Position numbers and translations under genes: made by a program. From Halarcobacter sp. (GTDB lineage: Bacteria > Campylobacterota > Campylobacteria > Campylobacterales > Arcobacteraceae), in the NCBI GenBank assembly GCA_048571215.1, contig CP182352.1, forward strand, positions 2,112,001 through 2,176,000: 64,000 nucleotides of DNA, given 5' to 3'. The notes beneath the pieces were generated by a model. That model saw only the letters and a list, made by a program, of their open reading frames with translations. It made no database searches and was not told where the DNA came from. Shown in pieces: positions 30,821 through 40,638 of the stretch (its first letter is position 1; the number at the start of each line of letters is the position of its first letter).

Positions 30821-32150
30821 GAGACCGTTCAAAAATCTGTGTCAAGTCACCTAAAGTAACAAATCCATACTTGTTACAACTCTAAATAATTATCCAATCT
30901 CCCTTCGAAAAATATAGCAAGTTGGGAGATTGTTAAACTCCAATTATGCACTGGCTGAGTCCATTTTACTTTTGCATTTAATATTCCCATATACAACAAT
31001 TTTAAAAGTGAATTCTCATTAGGGAAAGCTCCTTTTGTTTTGGTTAATTTTCTAAATTGCCTATGTACAGATTCAATAATATTTGTAGTGTACATAATCT
31101 TTCTTATCTCTTTTGGATATTTAAAATAATAAGATAAATTCTCCCATTTATTTTGCCAAGATTGAAGTACTATGGGATATCTTTTCCCCCATTTTTCATC
31201 TAGTTTTAAAAGCTCATCTTCTGCAAGTTCTTTTGTTGTTGCTTGATAAACAAGTTTTAAATCTCTCATAAACTCTTTTTGGTCTTTAGAAGCTACATAC
31301 TTCAATGAATTACGAATTTGATGTACAACACAAAGTTGTACTTCGGTATTTGGATATATTGTTTTAATAGCTTCAGGAAAGCCTTTAAGACCATCTACTG
31401 ATGCAATTAGTATATCTTCTAATCCTCTATTATTTAAATCAGTAAGAACACTAAGCCAGAAGTTTGCTCCTTCACTTTGGGATAAATATAATCCTAATAT
31501 ATCTTTTTTACCATCAATTCCCATCCCTAAAACTGTGTAAACTGCTTTACTCACATACTTCCCACCATCTTTTATTTTATAATGTATCGCATCAAGCCAT
31601 ACAAATGGATAAATAGCTTCTAAAGGTCTACTTTGCCAAGCTTTTACCTTATCTATAATTTTATCTGTAATAGTGCTTATTGTTGCACTTGATAATTGTA
31701 TTTGATATATCTCTTCAATATGTTTTATAATATCTCTATAGCTTAATCCTAAGCCATACATAGATAATATCTTTTCTTCTATTTCATTAGACATTGTTGT
31801 TTGGTTTTTCTTTACAAGTTGTGGTTCAAAAGAACCTGTTCTATCTCTTGGAGTATTCAATTCAAAGGAACCACTTGTTGATTTTATTGTTTTAGAGCTT
31901 TTACCATTCTTTCTATTTTTATTTCCTGCAAATACATCTTGAGTTATATGAGAATCTAATTCTGCTTCTAAAGCAGCTTCAACTAATTGTTTTACTAATG
32001 GAGCAAGTACTCCATCTTTACCATTGATATTTTTACCTGCAAGTAAATCTTGTACAGCTTCATTAAAATCAAATTGTTTTTTCTTTTCCATCTATATCAA
32101 TCCTTATAATATTTATTATATCAGACTGACACAGATTTTCTAACACTCCC
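30821..32150 (-). mobile_element. IS256-family insertion sequence, 1330 bp
   Basis: Terminal inverted repeats GAGACCGTTCAAAAATCTGTGTCA (30821-30844) and reverse complement GGGAGTGTTAGAAAATCTGTGTCA (32127-32150), 19/24 identical. 8-bp direct repeat TAATAAAC at 30813-30820 and 32151-32158. Confidence 0.95.
30874..32091 (-). CDS. IS256-family (Mutator) DDE transposase
   Basis: PRDRTGSFEP, VWLDA, VDGLKGF, QLCVVHQIRN, TTNIIES. Confidence 0.97.
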   Translation of the reverse strand: MEKKKQFDFNEAVQDLLAGKNINGKDGVLAPLVKQLVEAALEAELDSHITQDVFAGNKNRKNGKSSKTIKSTSGSFELNTPRDRTGSFEPQLVKKNQTTMSNEIEEKILSMYGLGLSYRDIIKHIEEIYQIQLSSATISTITDKIIDKVKAWQSRPLEAIYPFVWLDAIHYKIKDGGKYVSKAVYTVLGMGIDGKKDILGLYLSQSEGANFWLSVLTDLNNRGLEDILIASVDGLKGFPEAIKTIYPNTEVQLCVVHQIRNSLKYVASKDQKEFMRDLKLVYQATTKELAEDELLKLDEKWGKRYPIVLQSWQNKWENLSYYFKYPKEIRKIMYTTNIIESVHRQFRKLTKTKGAFPNENSLLKLLYMGILNAKVKWTQPVHNWSLTISQLAIFFEGRLDNYLEL

Positions 32151-32197
32151 TAATAAACTCATTATATATATAAATTGCTATGTTCATTACTATATTT

Positions 32198-33817
32198 TTA
32201 CTCAAATAATTTATATTTTTTTACTAAGCTCATACCTGAAGAAGTTAAAAATGTACTACATTCTTCTTTTATTATAAAAATATCTTTTTCATCTAAATAT
32301 TTATTATAATTATTTATTTTTCCCTCTCTAACTCTAAGACTTTCTTTATTTATGGTGTCTAAATCATATCCTGCTACACCTTTTTCAATTTCAACTTTCT
32401 GCATATTTTCAAAACTTCCATTATTTATTGCTTCAATTATAATTTTATCATCAATAGGTAATTCTAAAAAAAATATCAATTTTTTTATATTTGTATAAAT
32501 ATTTAAATGCATATTTTCATATGTAATAAAAAAATTTGTATTATCACTATTATCAAACAGACTATAATTATTTAATAATTCACAATACTGTTTTAAAACA
32601 TTTGTATTTTTTATAAAATCACACAATTTTCCCTCAAAAATTTTCAAGCGATTTTTTTGTTGAAAATAATCTGATACAATAATTTCAAAAATATTTCTTA
32701 ACAAAATTATTTTAGGGAAGCTATTTATCCCTTCACTTATATTTTTATGACTTGATATGATTAATGGAAACTTACTATTTTCATAAAAATCATATCCTAA
32801 AATACCCTTTATATTTTCATATTCTTCATTTGGCATTAAAGAAAACATATTTTTCAAATTTAAATCTATATTTAAATTAAATATCTTATTAATATATGAT
32901 GCAATAATAAATCTTAACCAAGTCCTTCCTGATTTTGGAATCGAATACAAATAAAATATTTTTTTCCTTTTTAAAATTGAATTGAAAAAATAGTTTTTAT
33001 GATTACTTATTTTTTTTGTAATTTTTGTTTTTTCTTCACTTAAATTAGGCACAAGTTTAAAATTTTTAAAACCAATATCAGATAGTTTTTTTACGTCAAA
33101 AAATACATGACCTAAATCTAATCTAGGGATTAAATCTTTTGAGCATGCTTGCATTGAAGAAGTTATAGTATTATTATTTTGATGAGATATTGTATTATAA
33201 CAAATTCTAGCCGTACAATTATAGGCACAATTAGCGTTTGCAAAAAGTGTAATTCTATCTTTGTTAGGTAATGAAATTAGAAAATCATCATCATCATTTT
33301 TATCCATTGGAATAACAATATTATCATAAATAGTTAATGCATTTATAACTTTTTCAAGAGTATTTAAATTTTTAATTAAACTTGCTTTTATCTTATACTT
33401 AGGAAAGTCTTTCCTTATTTGCTTTGCAAGTTCGTCATTTACACAAACTACAGAATTTCCTTTTTTATGATGCTTTTTAAGAAATTCTAAACTTTCTTTA
33501 TAAGTATTTATATCAAAAGAATGATTAGTTAAAGTCAATGAGACACCTATTGAGTTATCCATTAAAGTTTGAAGATGAAAAGAATCCAATGAATATTTTT
33601 TCTGATATATTCTTCCTCCATATAGTTTACTATATTCAGTTGTTGAACCAAAAATACTTTCAATACTTTTAAAAGGTATATACATATAAAATATTCTTAA
33701 ATAGTCCAAGATATTCATATCTTTTTCAATTCCTCTAGAAGATAGAGTAAATTTAAGGCCTTCAATATTAAAACTATTTTTTACGTCAGATGGTTTAATT
33801 AAATTATTGTTTTTCAT
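32198..33817 (-). CDS. Fusion protein: N-terminal peptidase-U32-like (putative Fe-S) domain plus C-terminal PAPS-dependent sulfotransferase
   Basis: N-half LFANANCAYNCTARICYNTISH...QACSK and GFKNFKL. C-half YSIPKSGRTWLRFII (5'-PSB), LLRNIFEIIVS, ITYE, SFENMQ, LRVREG. The sulfotransferase call is strong; the U32 call is weaker. Confidence 0.7.
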   Translation of the reverse strand: MKNNNLIKPSDVKNSFNIEGLKFTLSSRGIEKDMNILDYLRIFYMYIPFKSIESIFGSTTEYSKLYGGRIYQKKYSLDSFHLQTLMDNSIGVSLTLTNHSFDINTYKESLEFLKKHHKKGNSVVCVNDELAKQIRKDFPKYKIKASLIKNLNTLEKVINALTIYDNIVIPMDKNDDDDFLISLPNKDRITLFANANCAYNCTARICYNTISHQNNNTITSSMQACSKDLIPRLDLGHVFFDVKKLSDIGFKNFKLVPNLSEEKTKITKKISNHKNYFFNSILKRKKIFYLYSIPKSGRTWLRFIIASYINKIFNLNIDLNLKNMFSLMPNEEYENIKGILGYDFYENSKFPLIISSHKNISEGINSFPKIILLRNIFEIIVSDYFQQKNRLKIFEGKLCDFIKNTNVLKQYCELLNNYSLFDNSDNTNFFITYENMHLNIYTNIKKLIFFLELPIDDKIIIEAINNGSFENMQKVEIEKGVAGYDLDTINKESLRVREGKINNYNKYLDEKDIFIIKEECSTFLTSSGMSLVKKYKLFE

Positions 33818-33895
33818 ATAGTATAATATTTTATTTTTACTAATAAAAAGTTTTAAAAAAGCTTCTTAAAATAAATTCATAAAAAAAGGTAGCAT

Positions 33896-34807
33896 TTGTT
33901 TCACTATAAAGCTTTTAATTTACATCTATCAGTCCCATTTGAATGTCCAGAATTAATTGAAATAGATAAAAAAGAAAATGAGTTAGATTTAATATCAGTT
34001 TATTATACTTCATCTTTACCTGAAAAACTAGACAACTTTACCAACTCAGGTCCAACTTTTACTTCAAATAAAAATCAATTTTTATTAAATACAAAAGCAG
34101 ATGTAAAGTTTTTAGTAATAAATGGAAATAAAATATATATTGATTTAGGTGAAGATTGTACAATTGAACAGATGAAACTTTTATTTTTTAGTTCTGTCAT
34201 GGCAGCCTTATTTATGCAAAAGAAGATGTTAGTTTTTCATGCGAGTACCATAAATATAAATGATAAAGCTGTACTTTTTTGTGGAGATTCAGGTCTTGGT
34301 AAATCAACAATTTCAGAAACTTTAGTTAAACAAGGTTATAAAAAACTATCGGATGACATGAGCGTAATATATTATAATAACGAAAAACAAAAAATTATGT
34401 GCATACCATCCTATCCACAATCAAAACTTTGGGAAGAAAGTATAAACTTATTAAATATAGATACTAATGGATTAAAACATGTTCATAATAGATTAAATAA
34501 ATATTTAGTAACAAATAAAGAAAGTTTTTATCATAAAGAACTTCCTGTAGAAAAAATATATATATTATCCATTAATAATAAACAAAATGTATTATTAAAC
34601 GATATAGATAAGTTAAAAGCTATTTATGAAATTGAAAATCAGACTTTTAGAAAAAAATTTTATATAAAAGATGAATATCGAAAGAACTATTTTAATTTAT
34701 TCGTAAAAATAGTTGAACAAGCTACTATTAAACACCTATCAAGACCCTATAAAACGAACTCTATATCTGAAATTAAAAATATATTAAACAATGATTTAAA
34801 TGGATAA
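33896..34807 (+). CDS. HPr-kinase-like lasso peptide kinase (PadeK-type)
   Basis: LVFHAS (His), GDSGLGKST (P-loop), LSDD, PSYPQSKLW. Confidence 0.88.
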   Translation: MFHYKAFNLHLSVPFECPELIEIDKKENELDLISVYYTSSLPEKLDNFTNSGPTFTSNKNQFLLNTKADVKFLVINGNKIYIDLGEDCTIEQMKLLFFSSVMAALFMQKKMLVFHASTININDKAVLFCGDSGLGKSTISETLVKQGYKKLSDDMSVIYYNNEKQKIMCIPSYPQSKLWEESINLLNIDTNGLKHVHNRLNKYLVTNKESFYHKELPVEKIYILSINNKQNVLLNDIDKLKAIYEIENQTFRKKFYIKDEYRKNYFNLFVKIVEQATIKHLSRPYKTNSISEIKNILNNDLNG

Positions 34808-35639
34808 TGGTATTTATTGGATAGTATCATATCCTAAAAGTGGCAATACTTGGTGTAGGATGATTTTAAATAATTATATTGCAAACTTAAATGAACCTTT
34901 AAATATAAATCATTTAAATACAAAATTCATATCTTCAAATAGAAAATTTTTTGATGAGATAATTGGTTTATCATCATCAGATATGAGTGAAGATGAGATA
35001 AAACTATATCAACCTGAAGTTTATAAAGAGTTAATAAAAAACACAAATGAAGATTTATTTATAAAAGTACATGATGCATATATTTTTAATAAAGATAATA
35101 AACCTATATTTCCAGAAGAAATTACTAAAGGGGTAATATACATAGTTAGAAACCCTTTAGATGTTGTAGTTTCATATGCAAATCATATGGATGAAACTAT
35201 AGAAAATACAATTAAAATTCTAAATAATAAAACACATACTTTGGATATTCAATTTGATGAATTAAATATAAGATTACCACAATTTTTAGGAGATTGGAGT
35301 TTTAATGTAAATTCATGGTTAGATTCAAAATTACCTATACATTTAATTAAATATGAAGATATGCTTGACAATACATTTAGTACCTTTTATAAAACATTAG
35401 AATTTTTAGGATTTGATATAGATACAAAAAGATTACAAAAAGCAATAGATTTTTCCTCTTTTAAAGAGTTACAAAAACAGGAAAAAATACATGGTTTTAT
35501 AGAAAAGTCACCTAAAACTAAAAAGTTTTTTAATAGTGGTAAAAAAGATATTTTTAAGGAACATTTAACAGAAAAACAAATAAAATATATTGTATACAAC
35601 AATTTTCATTTAATGAAAAAATTAAATTATATTCATTAA
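34800..35639 (+). CDS. PAPS-dependent sulfotransferase (Sulfotransfer_1)
   Basis: IYWIVSYPKSGNTW, KVH, YIVRNPLDVVVS, IKYEDM, FFNSG. Confidence 0.9.
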   Translation: MDNGIYWIVSYPKSGNTWCRMILNNYIANLNEPLNINHLNTKFISSNRKFFDEIIGLSSSDMSEDEIKLYQPEVYKELIKNTNEDLFIKVHDAYIFNKDNKPIFPEEITKGVIYIVRNPLDVVVSYANHMDETIENTIKILNNKTHTLDIQFDELNIRLPQFLGDWSFNVNSWLDSKLPIHLIKYEDMLDNTFSTFYKTLEFLGFDIDTKRLQKAIDFSSFKELQKQEKIHGFIEKSPKTKKFFNSGKKDIFKEHLTEKQIKYIVYNNFHLMKKLNYIH

Positions 35640-35677
35640 AATGTGATGTATGCACTGCTTTATAAATGGAGGAAAAT

Positions 35678-35821
35678 ATGGAAAAGATTGAATTAGATGA
35701 AAATCATTTACAAGCTGAAAATAAAGAAACTTGGGAAATACCTGCAATAGAAGTTTTAGATACAGATGAAACAAAGGTTGGTGCTCCTGGTCCTTTTGAT
35801 GGAAGCGGGCCATACTCTTAA
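35678..35821 (+). CDS. Lasso peptide precursor (47 aa; not in ORF track)
   Basis: GGAGG at 35668-35672. Manual translation MEKIELDENHLQAENKETWEIPAIEVLDTDETK-VGAPGPFDGSGPYS: WxxPxI leader motif, Thr at -2, Asp at core position 8, C-terminal Ser; lies 16 bp before the cyclase. Confidence 0.92.
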   Translation: MEKIELDENHLQAENKETWEIPAIEVLDTDETKVGAPGPFDGSGPYS

Positions 35822-35837
35822 TCTAGATTAAGTTATT

Positions 35838-37616
35838 TTGAATAGTTTTTTATGTGAATATAAGAAAAATTTTCTTTACCCATTTTCTAATAATGATAAT
35901 ATTGACACTTTCGAGTATAAAAATATAACTTGTACTATAGATAATAAAGATTCTACATATCTAGATATAAAAAATAGTTTTTTTTATATACTTATAGGTG
36001 ATATTTATAATATAGATGAACTTTATATATTAGAAAATCTAAACAAAGAAACTACAAGTAAGTTTGAACTTATCGAAACTTTATATCAAAAATATGATAA
36101 AAATATATTTGATATGTTGATAGGAGATTGGTTTTTACTTATTTATAATAGTGTAATTGATAGCTTAATATTTGCACAAAGCCATCTAGGTTTCTGTGCA
36201 ATATACTACTATATGGATGATAATAAACTTTTCTTTTCAAATACTCTTGAAAAACTTTTAAATATAGATGAGATTCCTAAAAAAGTCAATTATAATTATA
36301 TTAAAAATATACAACTATTTTCCATACCAAACCAATATAATGAAACCTCGTTTTTACATATCAAAACTTTAAATCCTGGGAAATATATGTATATAGATAA
36401 AAACAACTTTATACATAAAAAATATTGGTATCCTGAAAATCTAGAAAAGAATAAATCTATCAAAAAAGAAGAAGCTATAATTAAAGTAAAAGAGATTTTC
36501 ACTGAAGCTATAAGAGCTAGAATAAAAGATAAAACTATAGTAAGTTCAATGCTTAGTGGTGGATTAGATAGTAGCAGTGTTTCTATTATATCTTCAATAT
36601 TACTAAAGGAAAAAAATAAAAAATTAAATTGCTTTAGTCATATTCCAGCTTTTGATGTTGATAAAAATAAAATACCAAAAAATAGAATATCAAGTGAAGA
36701 AAAGTTAATATTAAAAATATTAGATAAATATCCAAATATAAAAGAAAACTTTGTAGATTCAAAGCAATACACAATACTTGATGGTATAGATGAGTATATA
36801 AATACTTTCAATGAAATACCACTAAATCTTAATGCTTATTGGTTGATAGATATTTGTAAAAAAGCTAAAGAATTAAATTCAGATATTTTACTGACAGGAG
36901 ATTTAGGAAATTATACAATCTCTTATAAAGGAGCTAAAAATAGTTTAAATATATTTAAATATTTTAAATTGTTTGGTTTGAAACATACCCTTAAAGAAAA
37001 AGTGATAAAAAAGTTAATATTCTACAAATACAAAACTATTTATACTATAAATTCTACTTTTATAAAAGAAAGCTATATAAATAAAAGATATATAAATAGA
37101 TATAAATTATTTAAGTTTAGACTTATCAAAATGAATTATTTAAATAATGGAAAGTTTATGTTAGCTGGGCATTATCAAAGAGCAAAGATTATGGGTGGAT
37201 TTGTATCACAGCTTCAATTAAATATAAGTGACCCAAGCTCCGACAAAGAACTTATTGAGTTTCTTTATCAATTGCCACAGGAGTTCTTTTTCAGTAAAAA
37301 AGGGGAAGAAAAAGATATAATAAAAAACTTTATGAAAGATTTAACGCCAGATAAAGTCTTGTTTCAAAAGAAAAGAGGACTACAAGCTTCTGATATTTTT
37401 GAACGTATATTATTGGATGTTGATAAAATAGAAAATATAATAAAAAACTTTAAAACAGATGATTTAGATTTTGAACTTTTCAATAAAACAAAAATGTTAG
37501 AAGACCTAGAAAGATTAAGAAAAAAAGAATTACCTTTAGAATCATTACATTCTTTAGTAAAAACTGTAGCCCAAATGAAATTTATAAATTATGTTAAAGA
37601 TAAATATAAAGTCTAA
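35838..37616 (+). CDS. Lasso cyclase (asparagine-synthetase-like, C protein)
   Basis: Degenerate N-terminal glutaminase-like domain, SSMLSGGLDSSSV PP-loop, LLTGDLGN, DPSSDKELIEF, KRGLQA. Confidence 0.9.
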   Translation: MNSFLCEYKKNFLYPFSNNDNIDTFEYKNITCTIDNKDSTYLDIKNSFFYILIGDIYNIDELYILENLNKETTSKFELIETLYQKYDKNIFDMLIGDWFLLIYNSVIDSLIFAQSHLGFCAIYYYMDDNKLFFSNTLEKLLNIDEIPKKVNYNYIKNIQLFSIPNQYNETSFLHIKTLNPGKYMYIDKNNFIHKKYWYPENLEKNKSIKKEEAIIKVKEIFTEAIRARIKDKTIVSSMLSGGLDSSSVSIISSILLKEKNKKLNCFSHIPAFDVDKNKIPKNRISSEEKLILKILDKYPNIKENFVDSKQYTILDGIDEYINTFNEIPLNLNAYWLIDICKKAKELNSDILLTGDLGNYTISYKGAKNSLNIFKYFKLFGLKHTLKEKVIKKLIFYKYKTIYTINSTFIKESYINKRYINRYKLFKFRLIKMNYLNNGKFMLAGHYQRAKIMGGFVSQLQLNISDPSSDKELIEFLYQLPQEFFFSKKGEEKDIIKNFMKDLTPDKVLFQKKRGLQASDIFERILLDVDKIENIIKNFKTDDLDFELFNKTKMLEDLERLRKKELPLESLHSLVKTVAQMKFINYVKDKYKV

Positions 37617-37620
37617 TATT

Positions 37621-39594
37621 TTAAATCTTCTTAATCTTTTCTATTTCATCTCTTAATCTAATAGCCTCTTCAAAGTTCAAGTCTTTTGCAGCTTTTGTCA
37701 TCTTTTTATTTAACTCTATTAAGATTTTTTTACGCTCTGCTGCTGGCATTTTTTCTATTTTATTTTTCTTCCATGCCAAATCATCATACTCTTCTAATTT
37801 TAGACTTTCCTCTAATCTTCTTATTGTAGAGGTTGGTGTTATATTATGCTCTTTATTGTATGCTTCTTGTATCTCTCTTCTTTTATTTGTCAAATCAATT
37901 GCATACTGCATAGAGTCTGTGATTCTTTTTGCAAAAAGTATTACCCTACCATTTTGATTTCTTGCAGCTCTTCCCATAGTTTGAACTAAAGAGGTTCTAC
38001 TTCTAAGAAAACCTTCTTTATCTGCATCAAGTATAGCTACTAGTGAAGTTTCTGGGATATCAAGTCCCTCCCTTAGAAGGTTAATTCCAACTAAAACATC
38101 AAACTCACCAAGTCTTAACTCTCTTATGATTTGGTTTCTTTCAATAGCATCTATATCACTATGCATATATTTTACTTTGATACCTAAGTCTTGATAATAT
38201 GTCGTTAACTCTTCTGCCATTTTTTTTGTAAGTACTGTTACTAAAACTCTTTCATTTTTTTCAGTGACTTTTTTTATCTCATCATGTAACTTTTCAACTT
38301 GAAACTCACTATCTATTACCTCAACAACAGGATCTAAAAGTCCAGTAGGTCGAATAATTTGTTTTGCAACAACATCACTTTTTTCTATTTCAAGTTCAGC
38401 TGGAGTTGCAGATACAAAAAGGTAGTTTGGTGCTTTTTTTATAAACTCATCAAACTTTAAAGGTCTATTATCTAAGGCACTTGGAAGTCTAAAACCATAA
38501 TCAACAAGAACCTCTTTCCTACTTCTATCAGCTGCATGCATCCCTCTAAACTGAGGAAGTGATACATGAGACTCATCAACTATAAGTAAAAAATCTTTCC
38601 CTATTTGTTCAAAATAATCCATCATAGAGTATGGGGTTTCACCAGGTTTTAAACCAGTAAGATGTCTAGCATAATTCTCAATACCCTTACACATTCCAGT
38701 ACTTTCAATCATCTCTAAATCAAACTCAACCCTTTGTTTAAGTCTTTGATACTCTACTCTTTTATCCTCTTTTTCATAATACTTTAGTCTCTCATCTAAC
38801 TCTTCTTCTATTTGTTTTACTGCTCGACCTAAATTCTCACTTGTAACAACAAAAGGATTAACTGAATAGATTATTGCTTCATCTAACTCTTTTCTTTTTT
38901 CATTTGTTAGATATTCGTGTTTAGTTATAGATTCAACCTCATCACCAAAAAACTCAACTCTAATAAACTCATCTTCATAATATGCCGGAAAGATATCTAT
39001 AACATCTCCATTTACTCTAAAATCAGCTCTATCAAAAAAACTATCATTTCTCTTATAACCCATCTCAACAAGTTTTAGTAAAAACTGTCTTTGTGAATAT
39101 TCAAAGCCCACTTCTATTCTTTGAACCATTGCTTTATATTCACTTGGATTTCCTAAACCATAGTTTGCAGAAACTGAAGCTATAACAATTACATCATCAA
39201 AACTAAGAAGTGATGCAGTTGCACTAAGTCTTAATCTTTCAAGTTCTGCATTTATAGATGAATCTTTTTCTATAAATAAATCAGTTCTTGGTATATAAGC
39301 TTCTGGTTGATAATAATCATAGTATGAGATAAAATATTCCACATGGTTGTTTGGGAAAAAAGCTTTAAATTCACTATAAAGTTGAGCTGCAAGGGTTTTA
39401 TTATGAGTCATAATAAGTGTGGGCATTTGTGTTTTTTCAATCACCTTTGCCATAGTATAGGTTTTACCTGAACCCGTTACACCCTCTAAGGTTGTATATC
39501 TATTCCCACTTAGGATAGAATCACTTATCTGTTTAATTGCAACAGGTTGATCACCTGCTGGTTTGTATTCGCTATTTACTTTAAATTTTGCCAT
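37621..39594 (-). CDS. uvrB: Excinuclease ABC subunit B
   Basis: [35 protein letters not shown]-terminal UVR domain. Confidence 0.99.
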   Translation of the reverse strand: MAKFKVNSEYKPAGDQPVAIKQISDSILSGNRYTTLEGVTGSGKTYTMAKVIEKTQMPTLIMTHNKTLAAQLYSEFKAFFPNNHVEYFISYYDYYQPEAYIPRTDLFIEKDSSINAELERLRLSATASLLSFDDVIVIASVSANYGLGNPSEYKAMVQRIEVGFEYSQRQFLLKLVEMGYKRNDSFFDRADFRVNGDVIDIFPAYYEDEFIRVEFFGDEVESITKHEYLTNEKRKELDEAIIYSVNPFVVTSENLGRAVKQIEEELDERLKYYEKEDKRVEYQRLKQRVEFDLEMIESTGMCKGIENYARHLTGLKPGETPYSMMDYFEQIGKDFLLIVDESHVSLPQFRGMHAADRSRKEVLVDYGFRLPSALDNRPLKFDEFIKKAPNYLFVSATPAELEIEKSDVVAKQIIRPTGLLDPVVEVIDSEFQVEKLHDEIKKVTEKNERVLVTVLTKKMAEELTTYYQDLGIKVKYMHSDIDAIERNQIIRELRLGEFDVLVGINLLREGLDIPETSLVAILDADKEGFLRSRTSLVQTMGRAARNQNGRVILFAKRITDSMQYAIDLTNKRREIQEAYNKEHNITPTSTIRRLEESLKLEEYDDLAWKKNKIEKMPAAERKKILIELNKKMTKAAKDLNFEEAIRLRDEIEKIKKI

Positions 39595-39681
39595 GGAGCG
39601 ATTATAACTAATTGTAGCTTTTTGAAGCTTTTATAAATTGTTCAATATATAAGCAAAACTACAATTAAGTTAAATATTTGT

Positions 39682-40584
39682 TTAAGATTCTTTTTTTAGA
39701 CTTCTTAATCTTTTTGTTTCATCCATAATCTCTAATTCTTTTTTAGCAGTAATTACAATATTAGGATCAACTTCAAAATCTAATCTACTATCTCTTCCCT
39801 CATAATCCACTTTATTTAGTATTGTTTTTATTGCATTATATCTTGCTTCAAACTTATTATCACTTCTTATTATAGTCCAAGGAGATTTTGATGTATTTGT
39901 ATCTTTTAACATTCTATATTTTTTTGCTGTAAACTCATCCCATCTTTCTTGCATTTGCAAATCTATTTCACTTAGTTTCCACTGTTTTAATGGGTTTTCT
40001 TCTCTCTCTTCAAACCTTCTTGATTGCTCCTCTTTTGATACTGAAAAATAGATTTTCAAAAAGTGGATCTCATGTTCAATTAAATCCTCTTCAAACCTAG
40101 GTACAGTATTCATAAAAGTTTCATACTCTTTATCAGTACAAAAACCAAATACAGGCTCTACCATTGATCTGTTATACCAACTTCTATCAAAGATTACAAT
40201 CTCCCCTGCTTTTGGAAACTGTTGTACATATCTTTGAAAATACCATTGACTTCTTTCCACATTTGAAGGTTTTCCTAAAGCAACAACTCTATAATGTTTT
40301 TCATTCATATATCTAGTGATTCGTCTGATTGCTCCACCTTTACCTGAAGCATCCCTTCCCTCAACTAAGATTATCATCTTTTCATTATGTTTCTCTAAAT
40401 GTTCTTGCAGTTTAATAAGCTCAACTTGTAACAATCTTAAAGCTTCTTCTTGAGATCTATATTCATATTTTTTATGTAAATCTTTTAAAAACTCTTCAGA
40501 GGGACCTTCTTTTAATTTGTTTATAAAATCTTCATAATCTAAAATATCTTCCAAATCTTTATCATATAGTTTTTCTATTTGCAT
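39682..40584 (-). CDS. ppk2: Polyphosphate kinase 2
   Basis: EGRDASGKGGAI, FDRSWYNR, WKLS. Confidence 0.95.
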   Translation of the reverse strand: MQIEKLYDKDLEDILDYEDFINKLKEGPSEEFLKDLHKKYEYRSQEEALRLLQVELIKLQEHLEKHNEKMIILVEGRDASGKGGAIRRITRYMNEKHYRVVALGKPSNVERSQWYFQRYVQQFPKAGEIVIFDRSWYNRSMVEPVFGFCTDKEYETFMNTVPRFEEDLIEHEIHFLKIYFSVSKEEQSRRFEEREENPLKQWKLSEIDLQMQERWDEFTAKKYRMLKDTNTSKSPWTIIRSDNKFEARYNAIKTILNKVDYEGRDSRLDFEVDPNIVITAKKELEIMDETKRLRSLKKES

Positions 40585-40638
40585 TTATCACTCCCTTTTA
40601 AAAGAAATATACTATAAATTAATTACACTTTGATTATA

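Noticed and set aside
35622..35813. 63-aa minus-strand ORF in the track
   Set aside because: Antisense shadow of the lasso precursor, which has the RBS, leader motif and operon orientation.
35838..37616. Asparagine synthetase call
   Set aside because: No N-terminal catalytic Cys; context with precursor, B1 and B2 indicates a lasso cyclase.
26207..37620. Integrase, att sites or additional precursor genes for the lasso island
   Set aside because: No integrase or convincing flanking direct repeats; the other intergenic gaps are too short or lack a leader motif.
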